A stretch of 64,000 nucleotides of DNA from the NCBI GenBank assembly GCA_001642005.1, contig LWCA01000030.1, positions 1-64,000 of the forward strand, given 5' to 3'. The position numbers and the translations under genes are program-made. This DNA comes from Intoshia linei (lineage: Eukaryota; Animalia; Orthonectida). The notes beneath the pieces are model-generated. The model had not been told where the DNA came from and did not search any database. It worked only from the letters and a program-made list of their open reading frames with translations. This document shows, piece by piece, positions 1 through 14,200 of this stretch; position 1 is the first letter of the stretch, and each line of letters opens with the position of its first letter.

Positions 1-278
1 TCTGAAACCACTGCAGGATCTACAAATGTTGAAGGCATAATTGGTGCCATAGGACGAACGTATTCAGATTCACCTAAAACCACCGCAGGATCTACAAATG
101 TTGAAGGCATAATTGGTGCCATATTAGTAAAGACAGAATGACCATGTCCAGTTGAATCAGTTACTATATTTATGTATCTATCAATATATAATTAAATTAA
201 ACCAATTTGGGCAGGAAATGCAAAAATAATTGATAAACTGCAAACCAGTAGAAAGATACTATTTAACTTGAAATTCAT
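1..278 (-). CDS. 5' part of a putative secreted protein with 24-aa tandem repeats (runs off the window)
   Basis: ATG at 278. Exon 1 MNFKLNSIFLLVCSLSIIFAFPAQI is signal-peptide-like. GT-AG intron 202-164 (39 nt). Exon 2 reads VTDSTGHGHSVFTN-MAPIMPSTFVDPAVVLGESEYVRP-MAPIMPSTFVDPAVVS..., with a 72-nt DNA repeat period. Confidence 0.75.
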
Positions 279-1024
279 TTTTTTATTTTAAACTTAATGT
301 GGCTAAATTTAATTTCAAATAATAAAATGTATTTATAATATAGTCTAATTACATTGAACAAATTTTATAAGGTCACTATTTAATTATAGTTCTTTAAAAT
401 TAACAAAGTTTTTCTTTTTTTATGCTTTATTTTAATCTATATTGAAAGTTAGAATTGATTTGTTTATCCATGCAGAAAATTTAGTTTATTAAAGATTTGA
501 ATATTTAAATTTAATTTAAAATAATTAAAATGTATTCCTCTGTTCATGTAATTCATGCGAAAGGAACGGAATTACTATTAACTATCTACATAACGTTTTA
601 ATGATCAAAAATTCAGTTAATTTTAGAAATCTAATCTAGTTTAACAATACAATTAAAAATTATTAATGCTCGATAGTACATAGTATTTTCAAATCAAAGT
701 ATGTATGGAATATTATGACAAATGACGCTATTAAAGATTATTTTGACCGTAAAAACATATTTAGGATGTATATATGTAATGTGGGTTATAATAAAATTAA
801 TTGACTGTTGGTAGAGTAAACTCTCCATATAAAAACACTCTATATGAAAACAACTTGTTCAATTTTCAATATTTACATATTGCATTAAATAAGTACAAAA
901 TGAGATTTCAATCTTAGGCATTAGACTATAAACACGCTTATTTATCTATTATTTTTAATTTTTTTGAAACGCATGAAATAATTTACATTGATGACATGCT
1001 ATTTTTGCTTGAAAATTTAATTGC

Positions 1025-1175
1025 TTAAGTGGCCAAAAAAATACGTAGTGTCACTTTTAATTTAGTTAAAGTGGCCAGAAAAATACGTACTATCACTTTT
1101 AGTTTATTTGGAATAAATTTTAAGCCGAAAATTTTTGTTCGTCACTATAGATAAGTAGTTTTGGCTTTTCATGAC
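1025..1175. mobile_element. Truncated copy of the AGTGGCCAG-ended MITE, with a duplicated left end
   Basis: Near-identical to 8721-8825. The terminus ttaagtggcc..tacgta.t.tcactttta occurs twice in tandem (1025 and 1066). Confidence 0.75.
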
Positions 1176-2291
1176 TATCTTTTCTTGATTTCTCCGGTCC
1201 ATTTGGCGGCCACTTCTTTACGTATTTAAAACTAACCTGACAGTTTTATAATTCGTACAAACAAAAGCTAGCTTTACTGAGGAAAGACTTTTTAATTTAT
1301 TAAACAATGAGTGTATGATGTCAATTAAAACGATCAAATTATAGTTAAACACTTAAAAATCGTCAAGATTTTAAAAATTATCACAGAATTTTTTGTATTT
1401 TAAAAAAATTTTGGACATGTCTTATACAGAACTTTAACAGACATTTTAATAACAAAAGATAATTTTTGGTTTTTTATTATTAAGTTGTAAGTTTTTGAGG
1501 CTGAAATTTACGACAATGATAAAAATTTTAAAACGCGTCCGAGCATGTATATTTTATCAAAGTTTTCGTTAGAATCTAATCTAACATCTAATGTTATTTT
1601 TAAACAAAAGTGAAAATTGGGGTTTTTTAGATTCTGCGACTGTTAATTTTTTAAATATACGGTAAGATACAGAAGGACACACCGACATTCAATTTTTAAC
1701 ATTATAATATTATAAGTATAGGATAAATGAAACAGTTATGTCAAAAGTTTAAGCCTGGTTATTTCATTTAACCCACTTCTAGCTTCACAGTCACAGCTTA
1801 CGTAACTGGGAATGCGTAAGGATTTTGCGTATTGTATGTTGTTATTATACAATTTTCTAATTTTCTTGCTTCCTGAATATTAAATTAAATTAAATTTCTA
1901 AAAATTCGCATAAATTTTGCACTCCACCCAAATTGACGAAAAAAAAAATGATATCGGCGTTTCCCAAGTTGGAAATCCAAATAAATACGTATAACAAATT
2001 ATTAAAAATAAAAAAATTGTGAGATTAATTAAAATCTGCTACTTTTCGTCAAGCCAAATGCAACATATAGCTTAACATTAATAAATTATTAAATTTTACG
2101 CTCATTTATTAATATTGTCATTTTATAAGTATCTGTATTTATCTTGCTAAGTTATTCATCACAAATATAAGCAAATATAAACAAATTAAATTTTTATTAT
2201 TTTTTCAATTTCAAAGTTATTATTGATGATATATAAATCATGGTGATCAAATCCATATAAAAAAACAAACAATATTTTCATTATACCATTA

Positions 2292-5200
2292 ATGGAAAAT
2301 CCAGTTCCACTCGATTCTGCAAGATCAAGACTGAAGGAACGAAAAAAGGCTATAAAATTAAATAGACCTAGAACTAGAACTGCGAGAAAAGTATATTTCA
2401 AAACACCTCAAATTGTTTAATTAACTAATTTAGGAAGCAACTCAAGATGGAATTATCAAAACATTGTTAAGTCGAAAATACAGAAAGTCTATAACTAAAA
2501 CAACGATAGACTTTGAAGCCTTAAATGTAAGTTTGAAAGTAAAAAAATTTGTTTGATATTAATGAATTTTTCATATTAATAATATTCAAGTATACAATGT
2601 ATATTTTATAGGAAAATGCCGTCAGCATACTTGAAAAATCTGAACAAAAGATAAAACTTTTATCAATTATTAAAAACGCTGATGTAATAATTATTTAATT
2701 AATATCCCATAATGGTCATTTGAACATCTAAATGAATGATTAGGCAATTTCGGAAACACAAAAGGTGGACTTTTTTTCTAGAACTTGGCAAGAAGATGCC
2801 AGATTAGATAAAAATTTAGAAAAAAATGATGATTATGTCATAGACATGGAAGCAATACAAAAAGAAGTCAAAATCGACATGGATCCAGATAAATCAAGAA
2901 AAGATAGCCATGAAATAAATTTATCTAAACCTATTGGTCGAGATGGTATTTTTTTGATTTTATGAGATAAAAATATTATATCTGATAGCATCTAATTAAA
3001 ACTTAATTTATTAACCTGTAAATAAAAATAGACAGTTCAGATTTCAGTAAAGATTTTGAAGTGAATGTTGATGGAAAATTGTACAATTTTGTTCCATCAG
3101 AGTATGTTTCTTGGTCAGATCGATTCGATTTAGAAAAAAAAAATTATTTCGTTACTTCTTCAAAGAAAGGTTTACTTATATAGTTTTGATTTGACTTATA
3201 TTTATTCTAGTTGTCATCAATGAAAAATTAAACGACAGAGAACTTTATTATAAAGAAACCGAAGGGTTTTTTGTTGGAGATAGACCATTTATTAATAGGA
3301 GTAATCTTAATCGTATTGAAAATCGAATTGTAAAACAAAATGTAAAAGTAATTTTAAATTTTTCGAAATTAAATTAAAAAACAAATACGTATTCTACTAT
3401 ACAGATCCATTATGTGGTTCGCGACATATTTACATCTTTTCAATATAACTGAATACATCATTTATTCTTTGAAAATCTTAATTTTTATTTATTTTATTGA
3501 AAAATTTTACTTTACAAATAGGGTAATGAAAAAAAATTTTGGGCGAATAATGAACCCGGTTAATGAAGGAATGAGCTAATAGTGGAGGCTTGACTGTACT
3601 AATTTTGGTATTATCAAATTAAATAAACCTAGTTGCTAAAAATCAAGATTTTCAATTTTTTTTGTGCCTCGGTTTTAAATTATGATTTTAGGATATCTCA
3701 TGGTTTGAAGCTGACGGAAATGTTCTTACTGAAACTAATTTAATCGATGAAACTGAAGTTGAATATTATAATATATTTGATGTGGATTCAAAAGTTAAAG
3801 AAACATATTACACAGAAGTAATTTAATTTTAGAAATATGAATATTATAATATTCGTATATTTGTAATTCTTGTGGAGCCCGAAATAATCAGGCTTTACGA
3901 GCATAGGGCGTCAAAATGTTTTATTATCGGCTATATTTTTTTAGTGGATTACTATCCATAAATCATGGCTAATATTTGGTGTATTTCCCCGATATATCCA
4001 GGGGCGGGTTCAAGGGGTGCAGAAGGTGCAGTTGCACCCCTAAAGTTTTAATTAATGTTTTGTAAAAGAACTAAAAAAGGTTTTAATTTATTAAAACAAC
4101 ATAGATGGCGCATAACATTAAATTTTTTTATTTATGCGAAAAAATACAAATTTGGAAACTATTGTATAACAACCTTTAAATGAAATTAAAAGAGACGCAC
4201 CTAAAATTTTTTTTGTCTAAGGCGAAGTTAAATATATTGCTCGCTTCGCTCGCATCCTATTAACTAGCCTCTTGGATCCGCCTCTGGTCAGTTAGGGTTA
4301 GTGGCGACCCTGACTCAAAATCCTTACTCGTAATATTATCATGTTACCATATAAATTATTTATAGGTAAATTATTATCAATAAAATATACAAAATGGAAA
4401 CTTAAATAGTATGGTAACGAACTCGACTTACAATTAATTTTTTTTTGTATAATGTACATTGTACATTGTACATATATTCTAATAGCCTTGATTTTATAGC
4501 AATATCGTGCTATATTTTTGTGTGTAATGCATGTTTATTTTCTACATCTTTTAGTAATTCCTTTTCTATAAATATTCTCGACAAACTCGACAGTCTTTGT
4601 TGGGTCATGCTACACCTCAAGTAAGATCTAATTCTGTTTAAATTAGAAAAACTTCTGTCACTCGATACAGAAGTAACAGGAATAGTAAGTAACATTTTGA
4701 TCAGTTTCACACTTTCAGGTAAAGTTTGATTTGTAATAATGTTCTTATTTTTTAGATAACTGTAATTGTAAATAATTTTTATAAAAGTATAGATTTAATA
4801 ATAAATATTATTTTATTCGTTTATTACTGTCTATTAGTATTTTGTAGTAATACACTGAGACATATTTACTAATACTAAATTTTAAAAAAATAATTATGAA
4901 ATTTTTGAATTTTGCCAAAACGTTGACTCGCGCTGAGCACTAGTAACACGAGGTCGAGAGTCCCCACTGAGTAGCGTATCAATTAGGATTTTTTGAAAAT
5001 TTTCGAATTTTCTCCATGTTGAGTATTCATTATAATATTTATATTAATAACAATATTAATATTTGTTAATATAATTAATAATTATTAATTAATGATTGAC
5101 ATGACATTTTCAAAAAAAGATTAAATAGTATTTTGTCTGTAATCTGTATTGGTTGTAATTTTTTTAAAAATAGGGTAATCTGAAGATTTTATGTAAAAAT

Positions 5201-8200
5201 ACAATTTTTGAAGTGGCGATTTAGTATGATTTTGATGGTTTTAAAAAATATCCCGAATATATGTGTTATGAAATTGTTAAACTTTTTTTATTTTAAAAAA
5301 AAGTAATTTGCGATTTTGACCCTAAAAGACTCAATTTCAGAAAATAAAATTTAAAATAAAAATCACTCTCGAAATACTGTATTAGAATTGGTTTTTTTTT
5401 AATTAAGCACTGTATCAGAAATTGTGTTTAATTCTAGAACTCTCAGTGTTATAATCAAACGGTAACACACATACATTATTTTTTATATAATTAAAGGATT
5501 ATATTGTAATTGATCATTAACAGTATTATTTTAACAACAAGAAGGGTAGAGCACAGTGATTAGAAATTTTTTTACAGTAAAAATCATATTGAACTTATAT
5601 AAATATCAATTTGTCGTTTTAAACGATTGCTCTTTATGTAGCGGTGTAACTATTTATGAAAACTGATATAAAATGTCGCTTAAATTTTTTACATTTCGAA
5701 AATTTTATCTAAACCTAAAATGTTATGATTAAAAATCACTATAATTTCTGTTTTAAAAATAATAATAATTTTTATTTAGGCAGTAATCGAAAGAGTAGAT
5801 TATTCACTAATCGATGGTAAAATTGATTCAACAAAGTGTTATGAACTCATCGTTGATATCAATACAATCAAATTTAATCATCATCACTTATTCAGTAAAG
5901 AACATACTATTGCTAGAAAATTAGAATCTTACTATAATGCATATTTACAAAAACAAAAAGTAAAAAATATTTCATATCTCACAAATAAAATTAAATCTAT
6001 ACGAAAAGTAATGCACGCTACTGATATGGAACAAGTAAAAACTAAAGAAAAAATTGAAGAAATTATTGAAGAAAAACAAGATCAAGATCAAGACAATCAA
6101 TCACTAATAATACCCCAATTAAAAAAAAAGGAAAGTAAATTAGAAATCTATACAAATCAAGAAGACAATGATAGTTTTAAAGCATATCATAATGAACTCA
6201 AGTAAACTTTTTAATCGTTGATTTTTGAATTACATAAAATACAGTTAAGGTTGACAAATTTACTTGAATTAAATGAAAAAGTCAATCGTTTAATAATGTC
6301 ATTATTTGCAATTTTCCTTAAAAAACGTGACATGTCCTTTATTGTAAAAATTTTAATAGGTTTTTCAGAAAAATTATATTTACACTAATAAATGTAGTTT
6401 GAAATAATTAATATATCTGAAAACATAATATAATTTAGAAAATACATTTATGAACGAAAAATTGAAATGATTTCTTACACCAATATTATTACTGAAATTT
6501 TAAGACTATGGAAAATAATCAAACAAATGCGACAATCTCAAAAATATATTAACACTAACGTTAAACTATATATTAAAAAGTATGATTTATCATTTTTATG
6601 CATATTGCGGTCTGTAAAATGATCCAGTACGGGTCATACCTCATTTTCTCATCAATTTAGTAAATGATATAAAATCGTTACTTTTCTAAAATGTAACATT
6701 CTTTTATATGTGTGTCTATAATAGAGTCATTCAAAACGAGTATATTATCAATATATATAATGTACTTATGAGCAGTGGCGACTCTCCAACTCGGGTTACT
6801 CGGGCAAAGCCCGAGTTGATATTTTTGAGTATTAAATTTCTTAATAATTATTAAATTAATTTCTAATTTGTAAATATGAGCACAATTATATATTCAGATT
6901 TTGAAATTCAGAAAAAATTATTCACTTGACAATCACTGAGCGAAATATTTCCATAAATGTTTAAATCAATTTAAAATTTAAATACATAACTCTGGCATAT
7001 TTAAATTTGCCCAATAAATAAATCTATAGATTAAATTTATACAGCGGTTACATCTAAAATTTTGAGAAATTATTTATATCTTAGTTATGTTAATTTAAAA
7101 AAAATAATATTATTTGACATTTATATTGTATTACACCCATAATGTTGTTTAATATGTTTTAATATTAAAATATATTATAACTTTTGATTAGAATAAATAT
7201 AAATAAAACAAATTACGATAATGAAATGAAACAAGAAATTACATATCAAGCTCTGGAAGAAAAAAGAATTTTAAGAATGAAATATTCCCAAGATATGACG
7301 TATTACAAACAACAACTGGAAAAATGGCAAGCTCAAAAATCAATAGTAAAAATAAATTTAATTCGTTTATTTCATAATATTTTTTATTAAAAACCTCAGA
7401 AGTGAGACACGGTGTTGTTAGTGATTGTGCCGGGAAAAAAACCGAAACAAAAGTCCCGAGATATTTAATAATTTTCGGGAATTAAATTTCCCGGAATTTT
7501 TACGATTTTCCAAAATTTCCCGAAAAAAATTGAGACATATATGTATTTGATTTATGTTTGTTATTACTATGAAAATATGATTATATTATATTTAAAATTT
7601 ACGATTTCAAATTCCCACCACTAATAAAATTTAATCAAAAATACCATTTTAAGCCCTCATGGAAAAATTGACTTACACCGCTACTCTTCAAAAATCCGAT
7701 TTTACAAAATCTTATGAAAAAAATCCACTTCATCAAACCACAAATAGAAAATCTAATTTTACAGCCCTTAATGGAAAAATATCCTTTTTTCAGTACTTTT
7801 TTTAAAAACTTCTTATTCCAACCACAAATTACTAACGCTTAAGGGAATTATCCTCTTTTTCTAATATTATTTTGAAAAATATTATGAGTTGTTACGAACT
7901 CGAACGCTATCATCAAGATTGTTACAATTAAAGGAACCCTTATGACCGTTCAACCTACGTAAACACAAAATGAAAGAAATTTCCCAACTGCTTCTAATTT
8001 CGTTAAAAAACGTTGAACGCGTTTAAAAGATGTTTAAAATTTGTAAATTTGAATCTAATATTTGTGTTATTTTATTAATTAAATTTCTTTTTGTTTCTAA
8101 AATTAATTAAGGTCTCTAAAATTTTTAATGCTTCTGTTATATATGAATAAAAATTTTTTATTTTTCCCGGGAAATCACAATCACTAGTTGTTGTTTCTAC

Positions 8201-11200
8201 CAATAATTATTCAAAAAAATATTAAAAAGACCTAAATTAGTTAATTTTTCTCCTAATGTAAATTATATGAAAGTTCATATATCATTTTAGCTTATTTTTA
8301 GATAAAAATATTTGTAAAGATTTTCTTAATTTTGGTTAAATTCATTAAATTGTTTTTTTGGGAGTTTCATAATTTAATGTGCATCATCTTGTTTAAAGTA
8401 ACAATTTTTTTCTTTGATTTATTGGTTATTTTTGATTTAAATAAGAACGATTTTCGAGGACACTGTTCTCACGACACGCGTAAATAGTTCAAAAATATTT
8501 TAAGTTATATCAATCTTATAATTATTTATTATTGTTACATTTATTGATTGATAGAATGAAAAAGAAAAAAGAATTGAATTACCTAAAAAACCAAAAAAAT
8601 CGGATGCCAATGTCAATAAGGCTGAAATAAAACAAAATATAGCCAGTTATTGGCCCGATATAGGTATATTTGCTAACAATATTTGTATGTAAACACCACT
8701 AATAATATCATGATATTAATTAAAGTGGCCAGAAACATACGTACTATCACTTTTAGTTTATTTGGAATATATTTTAAGCCGAAAATTTTTATTCGTCATC
8801 ATAGATAAGTAGTTTTGGCTTTACATTTATCACCAAATAAAATAAAATTGATAGTACGTATTTTTTCTGGCCACTTTACATTAATGCTTGTACATTGCAC
8901 AAAAAAATAAAAAGGAAAAAAAAGGAGTAAAAAGTACGAAGGGCTTTCATTTGTTTTATTTTTTTATTATCATAAAATAATAAATGTAATAATATTATAT
9001 ATTTGTTTATTATATAATTATATAAATAATTAATACAATGTATATAATAGAAAAATACATATATATACCTGTATAATACTAGTGTCATCATCTCTTTGAT
9101 GGATGGCACATTTTACAATTTTGATATAATGTAGTTATTGTGGTTATCAAAATTTATCATATACTTGTATAAAATGGAATATCTATATGCAGGAATTGGA
9201 ATTAATTGATTGCAAATTGACCAATTTAATTAGTATCAATGAAAAGTTGTTAATATTTTATTATACAATGCCAAACTATTTTAGTTGCATTATATTTTAT
9301 TAGCAAAATGTATTTAGAAAATATTTTTATATTATTTATTTTATTTATTCCTTCGACTTTGGAAATAAAATTGTTTCTGAAAATAAATAAGGCATGGTGG
9401 GACTGTGATACGCTAGAACGAGTGTTGACAGTGTCAACTTGACAACTTAATATTGTAATTTTTGAACTACATAAAAAAATTTAATTAATGTTTTAATCCA
9501 ATTCATCAATAAAAGGATTCAATTTATATTTTTTCAGTTATATGAAAAAGCCAATTAATTGAAAAATTAATATTTTACAAAAAATTAGTTGGTTTATACC
9601 AAATAATTAATTGCTATCAATTATTTCCAATTCCTGTATTTTCCATATAATTCGAATAATTCCTGTGTTTTCTTTTAATTTAAAAATAAAACGTCCTAGA
9701 AATAAAAAACAAATAATTTAGTACAGTTTTTCTAGATTAATATTTTATCGTAAATTCATTCTCAGAAATTAAGACGATCAGTATCAAAAACCTAAACAAC
9801 CTCTTTTTCTAAACGAAAAGAATATTCCTAGAATTTTAAAAAAAAATAAATTCTAAGACAATATTAAAATAATTTTCAATCTGCTAATATTGATAATTTA
9901 CAGTTTATTTTATTGTGTCTTTGACGGAATGGTATCCTCTAGTAAAAAGATAAGGACCCATGTATTATACCGTAATCATTTGTATCATATCATCAATTTT
10001 TGGTAAAAATTGATCAACTTGAAATAAAAAAAAATTTATTTTGTTAATGCGAATATTTACAATAGTTGTTCAAATGTTGCGTTTCAAATTATCTCATGGA
10101 GAAACAATTACAAAAGAAGATGACTGTCCAATGTAATACTTTACAAAAATTATTTATCATCAAATTTAATACTAGCGGCTTTAGTTAGGCAACCACAAAT
10201 AAACTAACCCTTAAGGGTAAAATCCAGTTTTACCAACCCTTTATGGAAAATTTTTGATCTTTTATGAAATAGTTTATGCAATTTTATAAATCTTGCGTAA
10301 TTATTTATATAAATTCACAGTAAACCATTCAATACATAAAATATACACTTTTTCAATTCAATAAGGGTTAAGGCAATAACATTTTATATAATGAAAAAAA
10401 CTTGTCTTACAAATTTTCATTTTTTAAACTTAAATGGAATGTCATGTTTGCATAGAGCAATTTAATTCAACACCTAAAATGAAAAGAAAGCGTGTTTTAG
10501 AATCGCATAGCATAGTTGGTAAAAGTGGAATTTTCCCTTAAGCATTAGTTTATTTGTGGTTGCCTAACTAAAGCCTCTAGTATTCAATGGGATAATAAAT
10601 AATATTTTTAAATGTTTTTTATATAATTTTCAAGTGATTTAAAATAAAAAATAATCAAAATAAATAAAAGAAACAAAAATTTTTTTATAAATATTAAAAT
10701 CAAACGAAAAAATTGGATTTTTATTTTTAGCGTTGGTAGAACTGGAATTTTTCCTAACGGATTGGTAAATTTTGATTTTTAATAAAAATGGTTGGATTGA
10801 GTTGAAATTTAAAAATTTAGAATTTAAATTGGTGTCAATATTTGACATATATACTCTTTTATAACTTTTCATCAATTTTTCCTAATAGGAATTCCTAATC
10901 AAACGGGAGATTCACACCTTAACAGTGGATATTAACAGTTGAAACCTTCACATTGACCTAAAATTATATATAATTTTAAATATATTTTTTTATTTCTAAC
11001 TAATCTTTTCGATACAGTATAGTAATTTAATTATTGGACCTTGACGGTTAAATTTTCCCACTACTAATGTCATTTTCATTTTACAAAAACTATAAACTTT
11101 TAATCTATAAAATAAATAAAATATTTAATTTTAGAGAAGAAATTAAACGCAGGCATGATGTTATCAACACGAAAATTTTAGCAAAAATATATTACAATAA

Positions 11201-14200
11201 TAAATTAGCTACAATTATTCAACCAATGTAATTATCATATTATTACATTTCATAAATTATTTAGTTTATTAACACATGACTTTAATATTCAATTTTTAAC
11301 TCAATTTACTCTCAAAATTGTAGAATGGCCAAAATCAGTTGAATTAAAAGTAATTTACAATATATAATGTAGAATCAACCATTCCGGCATATTTTTTTGT
11401 ACAATATTTCGATTTTCAGCCAGTAATTTTAATACCTCTTCTTCGTTGCCGTCGTTGTAGAGCTCTACTACAAATTAAAAAATTTTATTTTACTCAGGGT
11501 ACTATTTTAAAATTTAAACAGACACGAGCCGAATGAATCAGGATTTCGCCCCTTGTAGGGCTCAAAAATTTAATATTTTGTCTTCACATCTAATTTCATG
11601 TTCAAAAATTTTTAACTGAAAAAATTTAGATTTACGAAATGAAAGGATGTTTAAGTCATGTATTATCCCGTATAAATTTGCCTATACCAGATTACAATCA
11701 AACCGTCACAAACAGCATTTTGGATTGTTTCGAGTTTAGTTCAGATATTAAAAAAATGCACCATCATACAGCCGTAGGCTCAGGTTAAAATAGTATACAA
11801 AATTATTTAATTCCACATATAGGTACAGCATTTACAGTTGATTGGCCTGCAGTAAATTTAAAAAGTTCCAGAAAGAATTTAAATGAGGATGATGGTGATA
11901 AAATGGAAAATTTAACAATGGCAGAATATACAACATTCAATTTATTTGCAAGTTTATCATGGAATGTAGACAAGAATGGAAATATTTTAGCACCAAAAAT
12001 ACAAACAAAAAATAATCAAATTTATAATTCGCTTCTTAACGTCGACCCCATAGCCGCAATCGGAATGTCAGGATTATGTAGCATGTCAAAATTAACAAAT
12101 TGGACCAACAAGAACAGAATAGATCCAAACGACCCAGTTAATGCTGAAATTGTTTACCTTTTAAAATCTTTAGAAACAAATTACACTATTAGCAATCAAG
12201 TATTTAGAGTAGAACCTTTAATAAAACCATTTAATTTCGTGGATGATATAACCTTGAATAATTCTAATCGGTTCAAATTGTTGACATTTAGACAACAGGG
12301 AATAGATAAATATGTTGGGTACACCTTTATACCAATATATAACAAGGAAGTTTCAACAAATATGATTAAACTAAATCAAAACGAAACTGTACTAGACGTT
12401 TCCATCAAAACAACGGATATCATCCAAAATAGACGAAAATCGGTTATAGCATATATGAAAAAAATTAGAGAACAAGTTATGCGCCGATATAAACTTTCAA
12501 ACAATCAGAGCGTTCTGTCTGATATTGTCGAAGAAGAAATGGTACCCAATATTGGTGAAATTTTCCCAAAAATCTTGAAATTAATGGAACCTAGAAGACC
12601 TCTCAGACCAATCCGTAAGGAAAGAAAATCAGCCACCAGTCAATTATTCTTGAGCACTGGATTAAAAGTGCTTATAAACATTGTTAGAGCGTTGGATGTA
12701 CCTGTTAGAGTAGAAAGTTTAAACAGGGATTCTAAAGACAAATATCAAAACATGGAATCATTAGTAAATCCCTTTATTCAAATCATGTTTCAACGAAAGG
12801 TTTACAATACTTTTATTGCTGATGGTCCAAATCCCAGTTGGAATGTCGAACTTGAATTGGATTATAATGCTCCAAACGGTGATTATACAATGGTCAATTT
12901 ACTGTCATCTAATGAAACCATATTTCTTTCTCTATTTGATAATTTTGTGGAAGAGTCTGTTGATGATGAATTTAGAATAAAAAATGAATCTGCATTGAAA
13001 GGAAAATTTAATAATGAAGATACTAATGTTTTTGCCAATAGTAGCAGTGTTAAGCGTCGTATCGAAAAAAGGTGGCTAGGAAATTTGGAAATACCTTTTT
13101 CGTCTTTATTTTCAAATACACATTTGGAAGGAACGTTCTGTTTAAATAAACCGCCAGTTTTGTTGGGTTATAAATTTAAGAATGAAAATAAAGATCGTTC
13201 CGGTACAGAAAAAACTTATTTAACTCTTTTTGCTACATTAGAACCTCCAGTTTCTATAGCATCCAACGTTGTACAAAGAGTATGTCTTAATGCTTAAATA
13301 TTTTAAATTCAATCATTGTATATTTTTAGTTTGACAGTAATGAAAGCGACGAAATTTTAGATTATGCTGAAAAATGGACGGCAGAATTAAATCTCAAATT
13401 TAATAATCGTTACTTTATGGTTACAGCAATTGATATTAGTGGTAGATCTGTTGTTGCTACACGTTTTTGCACGTCTGATGGAATCAAACCACCTGATGAG
13501 TTACTCACCGGAAATTCAGACGAAGAAAAATTAGTAATGCAATATTAAATTTGGTTTTAAAACAACAGTTTCTTATATAAAAATTTGTATTATCTGAAAT
13601 AATGATATCAAAACTGGATTTGATATTGGGTCCCATATAAATGCATAAAAGTCTCTGGATTTCCAAATCTAATTTTATAGAAAGTTTGAGAAACTCGGCA
13701 ATATTTTTAAATTATTGCTAAATTATTGAAAATCTTTATTTTTAAACATACAATTTTGATTATTAATGAAGTGTTTACATATCCGAATAAGTAGTTTGTA
13801 TAATGTATACTTTACATCGGTATCACATGTATCGTTTCAAATGAAGTGATTTAAAATTATCTTTAAAATTTTGCTTAGTAAACTAATATTTAGAAACGAT
13901 TGGCAAGATTTGTTTCTTTGATACCGTTTATCTCGGACGCTGAAATGTTTTCTGGTATTTGTGACATTTGGAGTACTTGTGATGTAATTTTTTATATGAT
14001 TGAAATACTTATTGTTGAATTATGTGAGGAGTGACCAACTTGTTATGACGACTAATGGGCATGAAATATCAGGTTGAATTTTTCTGTTATTAGAAATCAA
14101 TTATATTTGCTCAGATTCTATTTTAGAGTTAAAAATGATGCATTTTTTGATATATTTTATTGTATCGATTCGGACTATATATCATTTTATCTGTATGTAT

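Noticed and set aside
8876-10875. Short F/I/Y/K-rich ORFs (8876-9109, 10639-10875; likewise 38200, 51215, 52289, 53012, 56322, 59715)
   Set aside because: AT-bias artefacts inside introns or repeats, often with non-ATG starts.
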